Shown in pieces: positions 9,046-17,519 of a stretch of DNA of 64,000 nt. The DNA comes from a bacterium (lineage in GTDB: Bacteria; Patescibacteriota; Minisyncoccia; Phycocordibacterales; Zambryskibacteraceae). The stretch's first letter is position 1. Each line of letters begins with the position of its first letter. Made by a program: the position numbers and the translations under genes. The notes under the pieces were generated by a model that worked only from the letters and a program-made list of their open reading frames with translations, had not been told where the DNA came from and searched no databases. The stretch is from assembly GCA_030649135.1 (NCBI GenBank), contig JAUSGI010000008.1, positions 1 through 64,000 on the forward strand, written 5' to 3'.

Positions 9046-10026
9046 ATGGCTGATTACACAATACTTTTACCTTCAAAACCAAAGGTAATTTCCGAAAAAG
9101 GAGAGAGCGGCGTCTTCGAGATTGAGGGGCTTTATCCGGGTTATGGCCACACTCTTGGCAACAGTCTGCGTCGCATCATCCTCTCGTCTTTGCCCGGGGT
9201 AGCTATCACTTCGGTCAAAATTGCCGGTGTTAGCCATGAATTCTCCGTCTTGGATGGAGTGAAAGAAGATATTGTCACTATCCTGCTCAATCTCAAGAGA
9301 ATTCGTATGCGCTTCACTACCGATGAACCGCAGACTCTGTATCTCAAAGCGAAGGGTCTCTCTGCGCAGGACGGGGAAAAGGTGATTCGAGCTTCTGACC
9401 TGGAGGTGCCGGGTCAAGTAGAAATTCTCACACCGGATGAAATTATCGCCACCATCATTGGCAAAAACACGGTGCTCGATATGGAAATCAAGGCGGAAAA
9501 AGGTCTCGGTTTCATGCCCAAAGAAATGATAGAAAAAAATCGCGTGGATATCGGGACTATCGCTTTGGACGGTATCTTCACTCCAATTAGGCGCGCGAGT
9601 TATGAGGTGGAGAACATGCGTGTCGGGGACAGAACCGATTTTAACAAATTAAGAATGTCTATCGAGACTGACGGCACCGTTTCTCCTTCGGTGGCTCTCT
9701 CTTCCGCCATTGAGATTATGATAGGACAACTCAAGGCGATTATAGGTTTTCGAGAAGATGAGCCGGTAGCCGAAGAAAAACCGGCTCGAGAAGGTCGAGG
9801 TTCAGTCTCGAAGTCGGTGGCCGACCCTGAAGTGCTTAAGACTCGCGTGGAATCTCTGGAAGTTTCTCCCCGCACCAGCCATGCGCTTGCCCTTGCCAAT
9901 ATTCGCACGGTAGGTGGTTTGGCCCGCAAGAAAGAGAAGGACTTGCTAGAAATTGACGGTCTCGGAGCCAAGGGTATCCAGGAGATTAAAAAAGCCCTCG
10001 GAGAGTTCGGCATCACTTTAAAGTAA
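9046..10026 (+). CDS. rpoA: DNA-directed RNA polymerase alpha subunit
   Basis: N-terminal dimerisation domain and C-terminal aCTD helix-hairpin-helix. Confidence 0.9.
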   Translation: MADYTILLPSKPKVISEKGESGVFEIEGLYPGYGHTLGNSLRRIILSSLPGVAITSVKIAGVSHEFSVLDGVKEDIVTILLNLKRIRMRFTTDEPQTLYLKAKGLSAQDGEKVIRASDLEVPGQVEILTPDEIIATIIGKNTVLDMEIKAEKGLGFMPKEMIEKNRVDIGTIALDGIFTPIRRASYEVENMRVGDRTDFNKLRMSIETDGTVSPSVALSSAIEIMIGQLKAIIGFREDEPVAEEKPAREGRGSVSKSVADPEVLKTRVESLEVSPRTSHALALANIRTVGGLARKKEKDLLEIDGLGAKGIQEIKKALGEFGITLK

Positions 10027-10028
10027 TC

Positions 10029-10376
10029 ATGCGACATCATAATGCCAACAGAAAATTCGGCCGTGAAAGAAATCAGAGAGTCGCTCTCATGCGTTCCCTC
10101 GCGTATTCGCTGGTGCTCAAGGGCAAAATTAAAACCACCGAACCCAAAGCCAAGTCACTCCGGCCATATATGGAAAAACTTGTCACTTTAGGCAAGAAAC
10201 AAACTCTGGCTTCCCGCCGCGTGCTCGAGAGCCGAATTGGCGTAGAGGCCGCGAAAAAAATCGCGGGCACACTTTCGGCAACGTATAAAGACAGGGCCGG
10301 TGGCTACACTCGCATTACCAAAATGGGACCACGGGCTACCGATGCCAGTCCTATGGCTATCATCGAATTCGTATAG
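10029..10376 (+). CDS. rplQ: ribosomal protein L17
   Basis: MRHHNANRKFGRERNQRVALMRSLA. Confidence 0.95.
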   Translation: MRHHNANRKFGRERNQRVALMRSLAYSLVLKGKIKTTEPKAKSLRPYMEKLVTLGKKQTLASRRVLESRIGVEAAKKIAGTLSATYKDRAGGYTRITKMGPRATDASPMAIIEFV

Positions 10377-10395
10377 TTCGATAAACTCACCATAA

Positions 10396-10743
10396 ATGAA
10401 AACTCATATCATAGACGCCAAGGGTAGAGTGCCGGGACGGATAGCTACGGAGATAGCGGTCATTTTAATGGGTAAAGATAGAACGGATTTTGCCAGAAAT
10501 CGTATCCCGGACGTTTTAGTGGAAGTCATTTCAAGCTCTCAAATGTCGCTGAGTACTAAAAAATTAAGGGAAAAAATGTATGTCAGCCACTCCGGTTACC
10601 CGGGCAGTCTCCGACAAGAATCGCAAGGCCACGTAGTCGATACTAAAGGACCGCAGGAAGTGCTTCGCCGTGCTGTCTATGGCATGCTTCCCAAAAATAA
10701 ATTACGCGCCCAGATGATGAAGAATCTTAAGATAAAAAAATAA
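10396..10743 (+). CDS. rplM: ribosomal protein L13
   Basis: L13 N-terminal signature MKTHIIDAKGRVPGRIAT. Confidence 0.85.
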   Translation: MKTHIIDAKGRVPGRIATEIAVILMGKDRTDFARNRIPDVLVEVISSSQMSLSTKKLREKMYVSHSGYPGSLRQESQGHVVDTKGPQEVLRRAVYGMLPKNKLRAQMMKNLKIKK

Positions 10744-10744
10744 T

Positions 10745-11143
10745 ATGGCTGATACTAAAGAGAGGTACATAGAAGCGGTAGGCAGAAGGAAGACTTCCGT
10801 GGCACGGGTGCGCATTACCCCGGCTTCCAAGATTTCCGTATCGGTCAACGACAAGGAATTTGAGAAATATTTTCCGACTCCCGCGCTTAGAATGACTGTT
10901 TTATCCGTCTTTAACGATACTCCGGAGAAGTTTCTGGTAACGGCCAAACTTAATGGCGGAGGCATCTCTTCACAGGCCGAAGCTCTACGGCATGGTTTGG
11001 CGAGAGCTTTAGTCTCTCACGAGCCTGGTCTACGCATCAAGCTTAAGGTGAAAGGCTTTCTCAAGCGCGACCCGCGTGCCAAGGAACGCAGGAAGTTCGG
11101 TCTCAAGAAAGCGCGCAAGGCCCCGAAGTGGAGTAAGCGTTAA
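10745..11143 (+). CDS. rpsI: ribosomal protein S9
   Basis: C-term RDPRAKERRKFGLKKARKAPKWSKR. Confidence 0.95.
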   Translation: MADTKERYIEAVGRRKTSVARVRITPASKISVSVNDKEFEKYFPTPALRMTVLSVFNDTPEKFLVTAKLNGGGISSQAEALRHGLARALVSHEPGLRIKLKVKGFLKRDPRAKERRKFGLKKARKAPKWSKR

Positions 11144-11156
11144 GTCATCCAGTAAT

Positions 11157-11675
11157 ATGAAAGAGGAAAACAACGACATCGTAATAGAAGACGATCCGGA
11201 TTCGATAGCTTCGACCGAAGTGCTCAAGAAGCTTAGAGAAAAACTTAAGCAAGCGGAGACTAAGGCCAAGGAATATCTGGACGGATGGCAGAGGGCGCAA
11301 GCGGATTTTGCCAATCTGCGTCGGCGCGATGAGGAGGCCAAGGCCGAGTTTCTTAAATTTGCCCGGTTTTCTCTGGTGGCGGAATTGATTCCCGTGCTCG
11401 ATAGTTTTAATATAGCTTTGTCCCAGGGCCACAAAGACTTGGAACCGCTATATAATCAGTTACTGGCAGTGCTCAAAACCAATGGTCTGGAAGTGCTTGA
11501 CCCGCTTGGAGAAACTTTCAGCCCGCACGAACACGAAGCCATTGCCACAATTCATACGGAAAAGCATGAGGAAGACCACAAAGTACTTGAGGTTCTGCAG
11601 AAAGGGTATAAATTGAATAGCAAGATAGTGCGACCAGCGAAAGTGAAGGTGGGAGAATTTATTAATAAAAACTAA
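11157..11675 (+). CDS. grpE: nucleotide exchange factor GrpE
   Basis: coiled-coil N-term plus GrpE C-domain; ATG at 11157 avoids overlap with rpsI. Confidence 0.85.
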   Translation: MKEENNDIVIEDDPDSIASTEVLKKLREKLKQAETKAKEYLDGWQRAQADFANLRRRDEEAKAEFLKFARFSLVAELIPVLDSFNIALSQGHKDLEPLYNQLLAVLKTNGLEVLDPLGETFSPHEHEAIATIHTEKHEEDHKVLEVLQKGYKLNSKIVRPAKVKVGEFINKN

Positions 11676-11682
11676 AAACAAT

Positions 11683-13593
11683 ATGGCAAAAATCATTGGC
11701 ATCGATCTTGGTACGACAAACTCCGCTGTTGCGGTGATGGAAGCCGGCCAGCCGAAAATTATCGAGAATGCCGAGGGTGCGCGTACCACTCCCTCTATCG
11801 CGGCTATTTCCAAAACCGGCGACCGCTTGGTCGGACTCCTTGCCAAACGTCAGGCGGTGACCAATCCTCAAAATACCATTTTCGGCATCAAGCGTTTTAT
11901 CGGACACACCTTCTCTGACCCCGCGGTTCAGAAGGACAAGGCCACCGTACCATTCGCGGTGCTTGCCGCTTCCGATGGTTCGGTGATGGTCAAGATGGGT
12001 GACAAAGATAATCGCCCGGAAGAAATTTCCGCCATGATTCTTCAGAAGCTTAAGGCGGACGCGGAAGCCAAGCTTGGTGAAAAAATTACGGAAGCCATTA
12101 TTACCGTGCCGGCCTATTTCAACGATGCTCAAAGAAAGGCGACCAAAGATGCCGGTCAGATTGCGGGACTCGACGTCAAACGTATCATCAACGAACCGAC
12201 TGCCGCCGCCCTGGCTTATGGATTTAATAAAAAAAAGAATGAGAAAATTGCCGTTTTCGACTTTGGCGGCGGCACTTTCGACATCTCCATCCTTGAAGTG
12301 GGGGATGATGTGGTCGAGGTAAAGTCCACCGATGGCGATTCGCACTTGGGGGGTAAAGATATTGACCAGAAGGTGCTTAACTACATCGCCGAGGAGTTCA
12401 AGAAGGAGTCCGGTATAGACGTTAGAAAAGATGCTCTGGCCCTTCAGCGTCTGGATGAGGCCGCCGAGAAGGCCAAGATTGAACTCTCCACCGCGACCGA
12501 AACGGAAATCAATATTCCGTTCATCACTTCCGATTCATCGGGCCCGAGACATTTGCTGTTAAAACTTTCCAGAGCGAAGCTCGAAGAACTTTCCAGAGAA
12601 TTTCTGGATCGAGCCATGGAAATTACCAAACGCGCCATGGAAGCCTCTCCGTTTAAAGTCGGTGACTTGCAGGAAGTTATTTTGGTGGGAGGGCAGACAC
12701 GCATGCCGATGATTGTGGAAGTAGTTAAAAAATTCTTTGGCAAGGAACCGAACAAGTCCATTAATCCTGACGAAGTGGTGGCACTAGGCGCCGCTATTCA
12801 AGGTGGGATTCTTGCCGGTGATGTCAAAGATGTGCTTCTGCTCGATGTTATTCCTCTCTCACTCGGTATTGAGACTATGGGTGGCGTTGCTACCAAGTTG
12901 ATTGAGAAAAATACCACCATTCCATCGGCAAAGTCGCAGGTCTTCTCCACAGCCGCCGATAATCAAACCTCGGTGGAAATTCATATCGTGCAAGGCGAGC
13001 GTGCCATGGCGACGGACAACAAATCTCTTGGTCGGTTTATCCTGGACGGTATTCCTCCGGCGCCGCGCGGCATGCCCCAGATTGAAGTGACTTTCGATGT
13101 TGACGCTAACGGCATTCTCAATGTGAAGGCTAAAGATAAAACTTCCGGCAAAGAACAATCTATCAGAATAGAGGCAAGGTCGAGTTTGTCGAAAGAAGAA
13201 ATCGAGAGGATGCAAAAGGATGCGGAGGCTCACGCCACAGAAGACCAAAAGAAAAAAGATTTGGTTGATGCTAAAAATCTTGCTGAACAACTTATTTACA
13301 CAGCTGAAAAATCTCTGAAGGATGCGCCTAGTATTCCGGATGATATTAAAACCGCAGTCAACGATAAAATAGCCGGGCTTAAGAAAGAAAAGGATAGCGG
13401 TACTGTTGAATCAATTAAATCCGCCACAGAGGCACTCTCTACCGAGATGCAGAAGATAGGGGAGTATCTTAGTAAGAATCCACCGGCAGGCGAAGCCGCC
13501 TCCGCTGGAAGCTCCGGCGAGCCACAGCCGGAAGTTAAAGATGCGGAAGTAAAAGAAGAACCAAAGAAAGACGATTCGGAACCAAAAGTTTAG
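11683..13593 (+). CDS. dnaK: chaperone DnaK (Hsp70)
   Basis: [18 protein letters not shown]; full-length Hsp70. Confidence 0.97.
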   Translation: MAKIIGIDLGTTNSAVAVMEAGQPKIIENAEGARTTPSIAAISKTGDRLVGLLAKRQAVTNPQNTIFGIKRFIGHTFSDPAVQKDKATVPFAVLAASDGSVMVKMGDKDNRPEEISAMILQKLKADAEAKLGEKITEAIITVPAYFNDAQRKATKDAGQIAGLDVKRIINEPTAAALAYGFNKKKNEKIAVFDFGGGTFDISILEVGDDVVEVKSTDGDSHLGGKDIDQKVLNYIAEEFKKESGIDVRKDALALQRLDEAAEKAKIELSTATETEINIPFITSDSSGPRHLLLKLSRAKLEELSREFLDRAMEITKRAMEASPFKVGDLQEVILVGGQTRMPMIVEVVKKFFGKEPNKSINPDEVVALGAAIQGGILAGDVKDVLLLDVIPLSLGIETMGGVATKLIEKNTTIPSAKSQVFSTAADNQTSVEIHIVQGERAMATDNKSLGRFILDGIPPAPRGMPQIEVTFDVDANGILNVKAKDKTSGKEQSIRIEARSSLSKEEIERMQKDAEAHATEDQKKKDLVDAKNLAEQLIYTAEKSLKDAPSIPDDIKTAVNDKIAGLKKEKDSGTVESIKSATEALSTEMQKIGEYLSKNPPAGEAASAGSSGEPQPEVKDAEVKEEPKKDDSEPKV

Positions 13594-13633
13594 TGGATTT
13601 AAATAAAAACCCTTCGACAAGCTCAGGGTAAAC

Positions 13634-13675
13634 AAAACCCCGTCCAGACAGGCACGGGGCCTGTCTGAAACGGGG
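13634..13675 (-). terminator. GC-rich nested hairpin; on the minus strand it is followed by a T-rich run, so it terminates the 13682-14068 gene
   Basis: CCCCGT/ACGGGG outer stem and CAGACAGG/CCTGTCTG inner stem; minus strand reads ...GGGGTTTTGTTTACC. Confidence 0.55.
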
Positions 13676-13681
13676 CGGCGG

Positions 13682-14068
13682 TTAGAGAAGCTCGAGATCT
13701 CCGAAGAACATCTCGTGCAGGTTGATGTCGGGTTTGCCCTCGCCGTCGTTGTGGTAGAAAATGATACTCCAAGGGGCAGGCTGTCTGTTGATTCCGAATG
13801 AGATCGACGGTGTCACGGTATCCCTCGTCCACTGTCGGGGAAGTTGACTCGTGATCAGTGTGAATCCATTGGAATTGCCGTGTAGCTCGATCCCGTGGAT
13901 TGTACCGCTGATTCGAACGAGCCCTTCTTCTCCCCATCCTTTGGGTACTACCATTTCGTATGTGAAGGCGAACTTGCGGCCGATGAGCTCACGCTCTTCG
14001 GGTAAGCCCGCTTCAGTGAGGAGAGACTGCAGTTTCCTGCCCAACGCCTCCCTGGCTTGCGGATCCAT
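13682..14068 (-). CDS. hypothetical protein; GC-rich orphan inserted between dnaK and dnaJ
   Basis: ORF with SD GGAAGAGG upstream of the internal ATG at 14068; own terminator; no recognisable domain. Confidence 0.5.
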   Translation of the reverse strand: MDPQAREALGRKLQSLLTEAGLPEERELIGRKFAFTYEMVVPKGWGEEGLVRISGTIHGIELHGNSNGFTLITSQLPRQWTRDTVTPSISFGINRQPAPWSIIFYHNDGEGKPDINLHEMFFGDLELL

Positions 14069-14144
14069 TTCGAACCTCTTCCTGCATCTCTCGATGCACT
14101 GAAATCGCACAACTCTGGGGCTACGATACTATATTTGTGAGTTT

Positions 14145-14381
14145 ATGTCAAGTATACTTAAAGTCAAAAAATCTTATAATAAGTACATGCAAATTCTGGA
14201 TATAAAGTTGCACAAACAAGTTAAAATGGTTTCCAAAAGGCTTGGCTTAAATCCTCGTGAGGTTATAAATCGCGCAGTTTCTTCTTACCTCGGTAGTATG
14301 AAAGAACTCACAGACCTTCAGAAAGAGCTTCATCTGTGGGATGTTTTGTCTGCACAAACAATGCAAAAATATAAGTTCTAG
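14145..14381 (+). CDS. ribbon-helix-helix (CopG/MazE-like) antitoxin
   Basis: 78 aa; LDIKLHKQVKMVSKRLGLNPREVINRAVSSYL; sits 3 nt upstream of the MazF-like ORF. Confidence 0.6.
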   Translation: MSSILKVKKSYNKYMQILDIKLHKQVKMVSKRLGLNPREVINRAVSSYLGSMKELTDLQKELHLWDVLSAQTMQKYKF

Positions 14382-14383
14382 AT

Positions 14384-14707
14384 ATGAAACCGGGTGATGT
14401 ATATATTGTTCGTATTCCCGAACTCGGTACTCACGAACAGAGTGGAACAAGACCTGTAGTGGTCATTGCTCGAGTTACAAAAACCATCGTTACAATCATC
14501 CCTTGCACTGGAAATAAACTTGCTCTTCGTTTCCCATACACATATGAGATAGAAGCAACAAAAAGGAACGGTCTATCTGTCAATTCTGTAGCACTCGTAT
14601 TTCATATTCGCGCTCTTGACTCCTCTTTTCTTAAGGATAAAATAGGCGAACTCGATAAGAAAGTACTTGCAAATATACGAAAACAAGCAAGACAACTTAT
14701 TGGATAA
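14384..14707 (+). CDS. MazF/PemK-family endoribonuclease toxin
   Basis: PGDVYIVRIPELGTHEQSGTRPVVVIA (PemK/MazF N-terminal signature); 107 aa. Confidence 0.75.
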   Translation: MKPGDVYIVRIPELGTHEQSGTRPVVVIARVTKTIVTIIPCTGNKLALRFPYTYEIEATKRNGLSVNSVALVFHIRALDSSFLKDKIGELDKKVLANIRKQARQLIG

Positions 14708-14773
14708 ATTTTACAATGAAAGATTATTACCCCAGTAGCATAGCAAAGCTAGCTACGGGGCAGGCAAAATTCT

Positions 14774-15661
14774 ATGAAAGATTACTATAAGATACTCGGT
14801 ATAAGTCGTGATGCTTCAGAGGAGGAAATAAAAAAGGCCTTTCGTAAGCTCGCGCACGTTCATCATCCGGATAAATCTGGCGGCAACGAAGCGAAGTTTA
14901 AGGAAGCAAGCGAGGCCTACTCCGTGCTCTCCGACAAAAAGAAGCGTGCCCAATATGATGCCCCCGGTTTCGCGGGCTTTCAAGGCAGTCAAGCCGGCGG
15001 GGCAGGATTTGACCCATCCGGGTTTGGTTTCGATTTCTCCGGTTTCGGCAACGCCGGTTTCGATACGTCTGACTTGGGTGATATTCTTTCAAGCATTTTT
15101 GGTGGACGCCGTGTGCGCCGCGGTCGTGACATCGCTGTAGATATTGAGCTCTCTTTCCAAGAATCTATCTTCGGCGCGGAGAGAAAAGTGGTCATTAACT
15201 CAAAGTTTGTAAAGCAGAAGGAAGTTTCAATAGGCGTACCGCCCGGCATTGATGACGGTCAGATGGTTCGTCTCACCGGTCAGGGCGAAATTCTTGAGGG
15301 CGGGGTGCCAGGCGACTTGTATGTCAAAGTTCATGTTCGTAAGCATCCGTATCTGCGCAAAGAGGGATATAACCTGATAATGGATTTGGAAATTAAACTG
15401 ACCGAGGCACTCCTGGGCGCAGAAAAAATTATTCATACTCTAGACGGGGAAATTACTTTGAAAATTGCGGCCAGCACCAAACATGGCAGTATCTTGCGGG
15501 TTAAAGGGAAGGGAGTGCCAACCGGAGGTCGCCCCGCCTTCGCTGAAGCTTCGGCGGGTAAAAGAGGCGACCTCTACATACGCATCTCTGTCCAAATCCC
15601 AGAAAAACTTTCCCCAGATGCCCGCAGGACGGTTGAGGAATTGAAGAAACTGGGGTTGTAA
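14774..15661 (+). CDS. dnaJ: DnaJ-family co-chaperone lacking the Cys-rich Zn-finger (CbpA-like)
   Basis: J-domain with HPD, G/F-rich linker, C-terminal substrate domains; no CxxCxGxG repeats. Confidence 0.85.
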   Translation: MKDYYKILGISRDASEEEIKKAFRKLAHVHHPDKSGGNEAKFKEASEAYSVLSDKKKRAQYDAPGFAGFQGSQAGGAGFDPSGFGFDFSGFGNAGFDTSDLGDILSSIFGGRRVRRGRDIAVDIELSFQESIFGAERKVVINSKFVKQKEVSIGVPPGIDDGQMVRLTGQGEILEGGVPGDLYVKVHVRKHPYLRKEGYNLIMDLEIKLTEALLGAEKIIHTLDGEITLKIAASTKHGSILRVKGKGVPTGGRPAFAEASAGKRGDLYIRISVQIPEKLSPDARRTVEELKKLGL

Positions 15662-15670
15662 TTGTTTAAA

Positions 15671-15698
15671 TTGACAGGGTATCTGTTTGGGGTAGAAT
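15671..15698 (+). promoter_or_regulatory. sigma70-like promoter (TTGACA-N16/17-TAGAAT) for the small Zn-ribbon gene
   Basis: TTGACAgggtatctgtttggggTAGAAT, then GGGAGGAGGTG SD and the ATG. Confidence 0.5.
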
Positions 15699-15716
15699 TT
15701 CGGGAGGAGGTGAACT

Positions 15717-15917
15717 ATGAGCCTTTGTGCGTCTTGTGGTCTCCAGCTTTCCGGCGAAGCCGGGCTATGCCCACACCATCATTGCGTTTATGGCGACGAC
15801 TGGGCTGTTGCCAACCGGCTGATGTGCGACCTGCTTCACCGCCGGCGGGTACCACCGCGTTTGTCGGTAACCGAGCGTGACGACGACTTCTGGGGGGCGA
15901 CTGGCGACGCGGCCTAG
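15717..15917 (+). CDS. small GC-rich Cys/His-rich (zinc-ribbon-like) protein, 66 aa
   Basis: very strong SD GGAGGAGGTG 7 nt before the ATG; CASCG...CPHHHC; own promoter and terminator. Confidence 0.55.
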   Translation: MSLCASCGLQLSGEAGLCPHHHCVYGDDWAVANRLMCDLLHRRRVPPRLSVTERDDDFWGATGDAA

Positions 15918-15949
15918 AATCACTAAGGCCGTCTTCGGACTCGTGCCGC

Positions 15950-15991
15950 GCGGGCGACTTCGGTCGTCGCCCGTGCGGTGTTTTATTTTTA
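15950..15991 (+). terminator. rho-independent terminator
   Basis: GGGCGAC-ttcggtc-GTCGCCC followed by TGTTTTATTTTT. Confidence 0.65.
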
Positions 15992-16008
15992 TATGGTCAA
16001 TAAAAATC

Positions 16009-16041
16009 GACCCTCGGTTCGCGCGAGCGAGACCGAGGGTT
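16009..16041. repeat. copy A of a repeated GC-stem hairpin (ACCCTCGGT...ACCGAGGGT); terminator-like for the minus gene 16060-16401
   Basis: 9-bp perfect stem; near-identical copy at 56003-56035; the minus strand has a T-run after the stem. Confidence 0.6.
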
Positions 16042-16059
16042 GGGTCCATTCTCTGTTGT

Positions 16060-16401
16060 TCAGACTTGCTTGAGAGCGGCAGGGTGGCGTTTCCGCCAAA
16101 CGTTGTGGAGCTTCCACCGCACCACGATTACTCGTTTTTCCGTGGCGCTCCAGACCAGACAGGCGACGCTAGGATCGCCTGGCGATCCTCCCTGAGAGTT
16201 CCAGAGAGAAACCACTTTCTTCTTGAGCTTCTTTTGGTAAGAAGACGGGTTGACGAGCCAACCTTTGACCCGCTCGTCCTCGAGGGAATAGCATTGCTTG
16301 ATGAGGCCTGTCTCCGTGAGATGTTTCCGGAGGTCGTAGCCCCAGATCCATCCGTCCACCTTCTTCTGCTTGTCGTGGAGGTAGAGATTAATCTTGTTCA
16401 C
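16060..16401 (-). CDS. hypothetical GC-rich protein, 113 aa
   Basis: GTG start preceded by AAGGAGAG; terminator hairpin downstream; no recognisable domain. Confidence 0.5.
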   Translation of the reverse strand: MNKINLYLHDKQKKVDGWIWGYDLRKHLTETGLIKQCYSLEDERVKGWLVNPSSYQKKLKKKVVSLWNSQGGSPGDPSVACLVWSATEKRVIVVRWKLHNVWRKRHPAALKQV

Positions 16402-16523
16402 CTTTTCTCTCCTTAAGTGCGCGATTTGTCCTTTTTAAACGTACATTACATTATATTGTCTGTCAATAATTTTATAAAAATAGGCTTTAGCTATCCCGAA
16501 AAAATCTGCTTTAATTAATATTG

Positions 16524-16553
16524 ACATTTTGGCCTGTTTTGTGCTATAATTAG
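16524..16553 (+). promoter_or_regulatory. consensus sigma70 promoter (TTGACA-N18-TATAAT)
   Basis: TTGACAttttggcctgttttgtgcTATAAT; the short leader contains the TCTCTCTAGAGAGA palindrome next to the SD. Confidence 0.55.
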
Positions 16554-16592
16554 AGTAGACACATCGATCTCTCTAGAGAGGAGATATAAGCT

Positions 16593-16925
16593 ATGTTTTG
16601 GTTTCTCGTCATTTGCGCGGGATTCGTTGGCGCAGTAGCTGATGTGCTGATCAGCTACTGGAGCCAGACAAATCGACTGGTGTGGTGGCTGGCCGGTGCG
16701 GCGGGAAGTCTCGGATTTGTAACAGGACTTGGCCTGATCATCCGGCTGGGCGTGATCGGCGGGCATACCCTAACGGTCGCGCTGGTGCTCGTGGTCCTCG
16801 TCAATGTCGCTTTCGTGGCGGCATGGGACGTCATCTACAACGTAGCAGGACCAACCACACTGCAGTGGTTGGGAATCGTCCTAGCTCTCGGGGCAGTAGT
16901 CTGCCTCGAGCTTGGGCGGAAATGA
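16593..16925 (+). CDS. SMR/DMT-like four-TM small multidrug or guanidinium-type exporter (110 aa)
   Basis: four hydrophobic helices; acidic residue in TM1 (AVADVL); very GC-rich. Confidence 0.5.
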   Translation: MFWFLVICAGFVGAVADVLISYWSQTNRLVWWLAGAAGSLGFVTGLGLIIRLGVIGGHTLTVALVLVVLVNVAFVAAWDVIYNVAGPTTLQWLGIVLALGAVVCLELGRK

Positions 16926-17009
16926 AAGGGGGTAAACGCCCGGGAATCCAAGGATTCCCGGGCATCTTTGCTTGTGCGCATTGCAGATATTTGTTAATCT
17001 TTTTTAAAC

Positions 17010-17519
17010 ATGACGAATCTTTTGCCCAAGTTCGCTTTTTTTGTAGCCGGTACTGGCCGGCACCATGATCGTCTCCAAGCCTTCGATCGAGCTCTTCTTA
17101 GCGCCGGTCCCTTTGCGCATAATTTGGTTTCAGTATCAAGTATCATACCGTCAGAGTGTAAAATTATTTCTGCAGAAGAAGGTTTTAAAATGCTGATCCC
17201 GGGTCAAATAGTTTTCTGCATCATGGCTAGACAAGATACCAATACTAGTGGCCATACCGCTTCATCAGCAGTAGGTATTGTGCAATCGGGAAAATTTACA
17301 AATTTTGGCTATATTTCCGAATACCATGGAAGTGCTTCCAGTAAAGATGAGGCGGAAAATATAGCGAAAAAACTGGCGCGAGAAATGTTTTCGTTAAAGG
17401 TTGGCGTTATGCTTGAAGAACTTGATATAAAATTTCTTGATGCTATCGGAGCATCTATCGAGAACTTTGGTGATGACCAATGGACATGTGCTGTTTCTTT
17501 GTGTGTTTTCGTAATCTAG
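17010..17519 (+). CDS. pdaD: pyruvoyl-dependent arginine decarboxylase (PdaD/PvlArgDC family)
   Basis: FFVAGTG...AFDRALLSAG...NLVSVSSIIP (Ser-Ser self-cleavage motif), ~165 aa. Confidence 0.65.
   Translation: MTNLLPKFAFFVAGTGRHHDRLQAFDRALLSAGPFAHNLVSVSSIIPSECKIISAEEGFKMLIPGQIVFCIMARQDTNTSGHTASSAVGIVQSGKFTNFGYISEYHGSASSKDEAENIAKKLAREMFSLKVGVMLEELDIKFLDAIGASIENFGDDQWTCAVSLCVFVI

Noticed and set aside
15877-16416. 179-aa plus-strand ORF, and 16169-16351 minus ORF
   Set aside because: They lie in a GC-rich region that produces long open frames in several phases. The 16060-16401 minus ORF has the SD and terminator signals, so the overlapping frames are judged artefacts.
16554-16592. Guanidine (ykkC/mini-ykkC) riboswitch upstream of the SMR-like exporter
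   Set aside because: The leader is only ~40 nt and holds a single TCTCTCTAGAGAGA palindrome. No ACGR-loop hairpin pair or ykkC-like conserved elements are visible.
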